From a virus (lineage: Duplodnaviria; Caudoviricetes): a stretch of DNA of 30,618 nt. The stretch lies in the IMG/VR virus record IMGVR_UViG_3300020045_000637, positions 1-30,618 of that record, one strand, 5' to 3'. Position 1 is the stretch's first letter; the number at the start of each line of letters is the position of its first letter. This document shows positions 25,617-30,618 of the stretch, piece after piece. The notes under the pieces are model-generated. The model ran no database searches. It was not told where the DNA came from and saw nothing but the letters and a program-made list of their open reading frames with translations. The position numbers and the translations under genes are program-made.

Positions 25617-26233
25617 AGCACACCCCCCAGACCCTTAAACAGGTCTTCCACTAAATCGAAATCTTTTTTAGAAAACATCCTAATCTCCTTGTAACCCCGA
25701 AAGTTCTTAACTTCTGGCCTAGTACCCATATCTAGTAAAATAGTCTCCAAAGTTCTTGCATCAGGGGTTTCGACCCAAAAAATAACTTCAAAAGAGATTT
25801 TAGACGAGTATTTTAATTCCGCTAGTCTTCGTTTTTTACAACGGCTGGAAGTTATACCAACCTTATACGCAATTTCACCTTCTACAAGATTCTCTGTTTT
25901 TAGTAAGTACAGAACATCCTCGTCAGAGACAGAAATAGTTTTCATATGAGAGCAGATGTCTTCGATTAACCCTCTTCTTTGGGCGGCATGGTAAGCATTC
26001 CACTCCCCCCACTTAAAAGAATTTCTGGTAGGGTATTTAGATGCAACTTCTTTTAGTGCTTCATAAGACCAAAGATAAGGTTTTACATAAGCAACAGGAA
26101 AAGCCTCAGTAAGCCAACCGTTTTTCCCCATAAGTTTATAGACGTAACTATCTTTTTTAGCCAACTCAACCTTAGTCTCGTAAGAAGACGCTATCTCAAA
26201 ACAAAGCTCTTTTGTCACTACTCGCCTTGTCAT
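25613..26233 (-). CDS. Free-standing GIY-YIG-superfamily (T5orf172-like) endonuclease
   Basis: Two N-terminal repeats (E.A..Y.T...; WSYEALKEVASKYPTRNSF) and a nuclease core LYLLK...AYKVGITS...RRL...LE...GYKE; inserted between tail genes. Confidence 0.75.
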   Translation of the reverse strand: MTRRVVTKELCFEIASSYETKVELAKKDSYVYKLMGKNGWLTEAFPVAYVKPYLWSYEALKEVASKYPTRNSFKWGEWNAYHAAQRRGLIEDICSHMKTISVSDEDVLYLLKTENLVEGEIAYKVGITSSRCKKRRLAELKYSSKISFEVIFWVETPDARTLETILLDMGTRPEVKNFRGYKEIRMFSKKDFDLVEDLFKGLGGVL

Positions 26234-26235
26234 AT

Positions 26236-27756
26236 CTATCTTCTTTCATTTTCTCGAAATTCTAAAATCACAAAATTCAGGTTATACGCAGGTTTTTGTG
26301 ACACGGAGGTATAACGGAGGGCAACAACAAAACCACTACCATTTACGTTATCAAAATATTCAGAGTCTGATGCACCACCATAGACGACTGCCCCATAAGT
26401 ACTTGTCGGATCGCCATAGGTTGCAAGACCCGGAGTTTCACTTGAGATAAGGAAAGGAGATGTAGCAGAACTGCCAACTCTATCGTAGTCAAATTTAACT
26501 CTACACGTTACTTCTAGATTACCTAGAGGTTTTACATACATCGTATGTTTGTAAAAAGTTTTACGTTTTTTAGCATCAGTGATTGGCATATAGGGGGTCT
26601 CAAAAATAGCTTCGATATCCATTCCATCAAAAGAGTTACCACTCTCTAAACGGTAGATGAAACCTGTGTCAGAACAAAAGAAAATATGTTCTTTGTCACT
26701 CTCTTGGTATTTACTAACTGCGTAAATCTTAATCCCTTTGGTCGTAGCCCAAGAAATACTCTCAGAGGTTTGATCTAGAAACTTAACTCCAATAAATCCC
26801 TCTGCGTTGGCTTGTACAACGTTATCCACAAAGGAGAATAATCTGTATTGATTTTTACCAGCAATAGTAATTGTAGCTAGTTTAGAAGAGGATGTGAGTT
26901 TTGAGAGGATATTCTTTTGAATCTTGTCAGAGGCTCTCGCTAGACCAAAATCTCCAATCTTCTCAGAAGCACTAAGGTAACGAATACCGTCTGGACCCAA
27001 GTAGAGGATATCACCACCAACCTCTTGGATAGTGTCTCTAAACAAACAACCTGTGTTACGAGTGATCGCATCAAGCTGAAAGTCTGCTACAGAGTTACCA
27101 TATAGGCGATAAATACTGTTAAGGCAGAACACAATAAGTTGGTCACGAAAGACCACAATCCCTGTGATCTTATCTCCAATATTGACAACCCCAGCACCAT
27201 TTGCAGGCAGGAAGTCATCTTCCAAAAAGGGAGAGGAGAAGCTAAGTAGGTTTTCTTTGGCGTAGAAGATGTGGTTCTTGAACACAGCTACATCTGTAGC
27301 CCCATCTACATCAGTTGTCGAAGTGGTCAAGTAGGCAGCAGTTTTTGCCACAGTGTCAAAGATAGCAGGCTTATTAGCCCCATCAACAATCACCACTTTT
27401 CGTACACCATTAAAGTTAAAGGTGTCATACGCGATGGAGACGATAGCAGGATTAGTTAGCGTAAGTTTATCTGTCCAAGTCCCCCCAGCGGAATATTGGA
27501 TTTTAGCGTCTCTGACAGCAAGAACCTCCGAGGAACTAATAGACACCACCCCAAAAATCTGACCTGTCCCTCCAACCTCTGTCGAGGAGAATTTTTGATA
27601 GCCGAGGATACGAGTGTAGCCCCCTTGTACATCAGGCTCAAAGTTTTGGAGGATTGTAGCACTACCGGGAGCTTGAACACCTTGCTCAATACGGCCAAGG
27701 TTGGTGATCAAACCTCCTTCAAGTTTAATAGGAAAGGAATCCCAACGTGTAGCCAT
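26236..27756 (-). CDS. Tail tubular protein B / nozzle
   Basis: 506 aa, beta-rich; GGL...NFEPDVQGGYTRILGY N-terminus; follows the adaptor gene and precedes the fibre. Confidence 0.75.
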   Translation of the reverse strand: MATRWDSFPIKLEGGLITNLGRIEQGVQAPGSATILQNFEPDVQGGYTRILGYQKFSSTEVGGTGQIFGVVSISSSEVLAVRDAKIQYSAGGTWTDKLTLTNPAIVSIAYDTFNFNGVRKVVIVDGANKPAIFDTVAKTAAYLTTSTTDVDGATDVAVFKNHIFYAKENLLSFSSPFLEDDFLPANGAGVVNIGDKITGIVVFRDQLIVFCLNSIYRLYGNSVADFQLDAITRNTGCLFRDTIQEVGGDILYLGPDGIRYLSASEKIGDFGLARASDKIQKNILSKLTSSSKLATITIAGKNQYRLFSFVDNVVQANAEGFIGVKFLDQTSESISWATTKGIKIYAVSKYQESDKEHIFFCSDTGFIYRLESGNSFDGMDIEAIFETPYMPITDAKKRKTFYKHTMYVKPLGNLEVTCRVKFDYDRVGSSATSPFLISSETPGLATYGDPTSTYGAVVYGGASDSEYFDNVNGSGFVVALRYTSVSQKPAYNLNFVILEFRENERR

Positions 27757-27764
27757 ATCTCACC

Positions 27765-28451
27765 CTACGATCTAATTACTGTAGAACGTGCATATTCCGT
27801 TCTATTTATAAAAATCTTCCTCATGTCTTTAATTCCTTGTTTAAAGAGGTCATTAGAAGCAGCAGCTTCCTCTATACCCCCTCTAAATAGGTAAGCATGA
27901 TACATAGCTCCTTCAACAATCACCCACCTAAATTGTTCTGGGATGGTTGGAGTGTCATCCCAACTTATCATGTCTACAGGTAGTCTATAATACTCGTAGA
28001 GAACGTCATAGGTTTGATTAGGGGGAGGAACCACCCCAAAAGATAAATCTCTCCCACGATATACATAGGCAGGAGCATCAGCATAAAGAGAGGGGTTAAA
28101 TTCCTGATCAGGAAACTTCTGAAGGACTTCCTCATAATCAACTGGTCTCAACTGACGGGAGATGTTATTATAAGTTGAATCACCTTTTACACGAAAGGTG
28201 TCAAACGCCACACTTTTAGCATCTGCTTCGTATGGGTATTTAGTTTGATTAACAACCAGAGTTTGAGTTTTCGTCGTATGGTTAAAGGGCCATTCAAACT
28301 CCTCTCTATTAATTCTGTTAATGGCGTTGTTAATATGCCCTTTGTTATCTGCATACACACCAGAAGCTGCGTCAAAGTTACTAGAGGTCAGAGGCACCTC
28401 ATTCAGACGTAGATTTACATCGTTTACTAACGACAAAAAAGTAAGTGCCAT
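27765..28451 (-). CDS. Tail tubular protein A / head-tail adaptor; true start is the ATG at 28451
   Basis: MALTFLSLVNDVNLRLNEV..., EWPF, PTIPEQF; AGGGG RBS; the ORF-track extension lies in a terminator hairpin. Confidence 0.8.
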   Translation of the reverse strand: MALTFLSLVNDVNLRLNEVPLTSSNFDAASGVYADNKGHINNAINRINREEFEWPFNHTTKTQTLVVNQTKYPYEADAKSVAFDTFRVKGDSTYNNISRQLRPVDYEEVLQKFPDQEFNPSLYADAPAYVYRGRDLSFGVVPPPNQTYDVLYEYYRLPVDMISWDDTPTIPEQFRWVIVEGAMYHAYLFRGGIEEAAASNDLFKQGIKDMRKIFINRTEYARSTVIRS

Positions 28452-28467
28452 TTCAACCCCTAGGTAT

Positions 28468-28519
28468 AAAAATGGGGAGGGGAAGGGCATTGCTTTAACA
28501 ATGCGTCTCCTCCTCCCCA
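28468..28519 (-). terminator. Intrinsic terminator after the capsid genes
   Basis: On the - strand: TGGGGAGG...GCATTG-TTAAAG-CAATGC...CCTCCCCA followed by TTTTT. Confidence 0.8.
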
Positions 28520-28524
28520 AGAAC

Positions 28525-28983
28525 TTAGATCACGTCGCGCAGAACAGTGATCGGCTCACGAGGAGACTTATCACCTTCAACGATAACAGCAATCACACGA
28601 ATGCGGCCATCCAAGCGAGTGGCTGTGGCACCCAAGACGTTAATCTCAAGACCCCCCACAGGCACTACCAGAGGCAGTGCAGCCGGGACAGTGGCAGCCA
28701 AGGTGCTTACAGCAGCAGTGGAGGCCAGAGTACCAGTAACAGCGGTAGTACCAACACGACCCACCAGAGTACCAGTACCCGTTCCCACAACAACTTGTTG
28801 AAGAGTTACAGATTGGACCATAGTGCCAGCCGGGAGGGTCATCAAGCTGATGTCATCCGTAGCCGTAGTCATGGTTACGTCTGTCGCCAGATCGAGGGTC
28901 ATATCAATGACGCGCGAGAAACGTTTTTCAGCAGCGTCAAAGACGCCAGAGGTATTACGCTTTGCGCTATTATACGAAGCCAT
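28525..28983 (-). CDS. Putative capsid decoration / minor structural protein, 152 aa
   Basis: AAAGGA RBS; beta-rich, Thr/Val/Ala-rich; co-transcribed with the major capsid gene ahead of the terminator. Confidence 0.65.
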   Translation of the reverse strand: MASYNSAKRNTSGVFDAAEKRFSRVIDMTLDLATDVTMTTATDDISLMTLPAGTMVQSVTLQQVVVGTGTGTLVGRVGTTAVTGTLASTAAVSTLAATVPAALPLVVPVGGLEINVLGATATRLDGRIRVIAVIVEGDKSPREPITVLRDVI

Positions 28984-29005
28984 AGTTTATTCCTTTCTTC
29001 TATAA

Positions 29006-30073
29006 TTACGCAATGTTGTATTTGCAGGTCACGATAGCTTCTGGACGCAGAATTTTACGACCATAAACTTGCAGACCACGAACAACATCAGCGAAGGTTT
29101 CTTGCGAACGGAAGGTCTCCGTTTTAGTCAGGTTCTCCGCCGAAGCCACTGCCGAGCTATGACCAGCGATGATAACACCGTAGTCAGTATTCTGGGAAGT
29201 AGTACCAACCGTCGAAGGACCACCACCAACACGCGGGAGCGAGTTAGACATGTAAACCGTGAAGCCTTGGATTTGCTTACCAATCTGACCGTTACGCAAA
29301 CCCCCCTTTTCAGAAGTGTCAGCGTTGAACAGACGGCTATCCTCGTCCTTCAGCATTTCAGCAAACACCGGGTCAATCACAACCCAACGGCCAGCTTGGT
29401 CTACGTTTTGCAGATCAAGGTTACGAGCCATACGGGCGAGAATTGTCACTGGCGAAACCAGATCGGTGGGCTTAGTTTGCTGACCGGGGAAACGCGGAGC
29501 AACCGGGATGGAGTTATCACCACCAGCAGCCAAGAACGAACCTTTAATTAGTTTGTTCGAGGTCAGCAATTCGTCTACACCAGCCGTAGCTACAGCACGA
29601 GTGCCGGGGATGTCACCGACAACACGCAGGGTGTTAGCAGGAGCACCAATTACCGATTGCTTGTAACCAGCCATATAGCCGAGCACTTCAGCGTCAAACT
29701 GGTCTTTAATCTTAAAGCCAGCACGATCAGTAGCTAACGACATCCAGCTGATGTGAGAGTGAGCTTGCTCAATATCTTCAAGTTGGAATGCATACTCGTT
29801 AGCTTGGTCAATGACCAGAGTGAAATCTTCGTCGATCAGTTCCTGCGGGGTGATCAGTTTACCACGCGAGTAGGGACGGATTTGGATTTCCGGCTCTTTG
29901 ATGATTTTAACCGAATCACCAAACGAGGCAATCTCACCAAAGTAGTCCGTGTTAGTAATGCCCTGCACAACCGATGCACGACGGAAAGCAAGCTGTGCTT
30001 TCTTAGAGTAGATTACAGGCGAGAAAACGCCGTTAGGAAGGCTGCCATGACCAGCAGCGGAACGAAAAGCCAT
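29006..30073 (-). CDS. Major capsid protein (HK97 fold)
   Basis: 355 aa; FSPVIYSKK, ITNTDYFGEI..FGDSVKIIKEP, FADVVRGLQVYGRKILRPEAI; AAAGGA RBS. Confidence 0.9.
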   Translation of the reverse strand: MAFRSAAGHGSLPNGVFSPVIYSKKAQLAFRRASVVQGITNTDYFGEIASFGDSVKIIKEPEIQIRPYSRGKLITPQELIDEDFTLVIDQANEYAFQLEDIEQAHSHISWMSLATDRAGFKIKDQFDAEVLGYMAGYKQSVIGAPANTLRVVGDIPGTRAVATAGVDELLTSNKLIKGSFLAAGGDNSIPVAPRFPGQQTKPTDLVSPVTILARMARNLDLQNVDQAGRWVVIDPVFAEMLKDEDSRLFNADTSEKGGLRNGQIGKQIQGFTVYMSNSLPRVGGGPSTVGTTSQNTDYGVIIAGHSSAVASAENLTKTETFRSQETFADVVRGLQVYGRKILRPEAIVTCKYNIA

Positions 30074-30277
30074 AATGTATTTCCTTTGTTGATGGAAGAG
30101 ACATCATTATAAGATGCTCTTGTTTAAAATATTATCGACCATCAACACGTCAAGGGCCTTAGTTCGGAGGGAGGAGATTTATATGCCTATAACTCTCGGC
30201 TCTTACTTTATAGGGTGGTCTTTATGTGTTATATTGTCAAACAAGGTTGGAGAGAGGTTGCAATTCTCTCGGCTTGT
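30074..30277 (-). promoter_or_regulatory. Structured 204-nt leader between scaffold and major capsid genes
   Basis: Several hairpins: ACAAG...GAGAG/CTCTC...CTTGT; CCTATAA/TTATAGG; TGTTGATGG/CCATCAACA enclosing AAGAGCATC/GATGTCTCTT, directly before the RBS. Confidence 0.5.
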
Positions 30278-30618
30278 TTAACGAGCAGCGCCGGACAGGT
30301 CGTAGACAAAAGAGCCAGTTTTCATAGATTCTTTGATGGCGTCTTCGTTCTTTTCATATTCCGACATTGACATTTTTTGCACCTGAGACTCGGAGAATTT
30401 CTTCTTGCCACTAGTATCAGCGGGTGCGTCAGACTTCTTATCTTTAATGTTTTTAGCAGCGTCCTTATTTGGGTTAACCACCACTCCCTCTTTTTTATAG
30501 AGGTTAAGTGCCCAGATAACATCGTCAACATCACCGTCATAGATAAGATTTTGCACAGATTGGGTTTGTTGTTCAGCCCAATCGTGAAACTCATCAGAAG
30601 AAGTGACCTCTTCAAAGT
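30278..30618 (-). CDS. Capsid scaffolding protein, C-terminal part (5' end outside the window)
   Basis: Frame is open to the window edge: FEEVTSSDEFHDWAEQQ...FSESQVQKMSMSEYEKNEDAIKESMKTGSFVYDLSGAAR; directly upstream of the capsid gene. Confidence 0.75.
   Translation of the reverse strand, partial: FEEVTSSDEFHDWAEQQTQSVQNLIYDGDVDDVIWALNLYKKEGVVVNPNKDAAKNIKDKKSDAPADTSGKKKFSESQVQKMSMSEYEKNEDAIKESMKTGSFVYDLSGAAR

Noticed and set aside
27765-28520. ORF-track start at 28520 (MGRRRR...)
   Set aside because: The extension is the terminator hairpin; the ATG at 28451 has an RBS.
28984-29030. T7-like capsid frameshift or readthrough into the downstream gene
   Set aside because: No slippery heptamer seen near the stop; the downstream gene has its own RBS.
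28321-29551. Long + strand ORFs (238 aa, 160 aa) opposite the capsid genes; likewise 20852..22274 and 24451..25350
   Set aside because: Antisense shadows expected from biased codon usage; no recognisable motifs.
30200-30240. TTGACA on the - strand upstream of the capsid gene as a sigma70 promoter
   Set aside because: No -10 hexamer at 16-18 nt spacing.
1-30618. tRNA, rRNA, CRISPR array, integrase or stop-codon recoding
   Set aside because: None recognised by eye; genes are intact under the standard code and end in TAA, TAG and TGA.

Overview
This window is part of a lytic podovirus-type dsDNA phage genome. Gene content and layout resemble SIO1/cobavirus-like phages (Zobellviridae-like; my inference, not a database result). 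The + strand arm (about 1013-14644) carries replication and nucleotide-metabolism genes: family A DNA polymerase with Tyr at the 762-equivalent position, SSB-like protein, metallophosphoesterase, 5'-3' exonuclease, DnaQ-like exonuclease, ThyX, DNA methyltransferase, MazG-like pyrophosphohydrolase, class II ribonucleotide reductase (RNR) and PhoH. It converges at a hairpin terminator (about 14650-14690) on a - strand arm. That arm encodes scaffold, major capsid, decoration-like protein, tail tubular A and B, tail fibre, a lysis cassette and internal virion proteins, one with a GH73 domain. Main observations: (1) a 673-nt group I intron with an HNH ORF in L8 splits the catalytic Cys codon of the RNR NPCGE motif; (2) an HNH-AP2 endonuclease has taken the first 10 codons of the phosphoesterase gene and supplies a recoded replacement; (3) two genes appear to start at ATA codons overlapping the upstream stop; (4) bases 1-1014 are an inverted, about 90% identical segment from a sibling lineage, joined through two truncated genes (likely chimera or recombinant); (5) an antisense-facing sigma70-like promoter and interleaved inverted repeats lie between endolysin and holin; (6) internal virion proteins share short peptide motifs.
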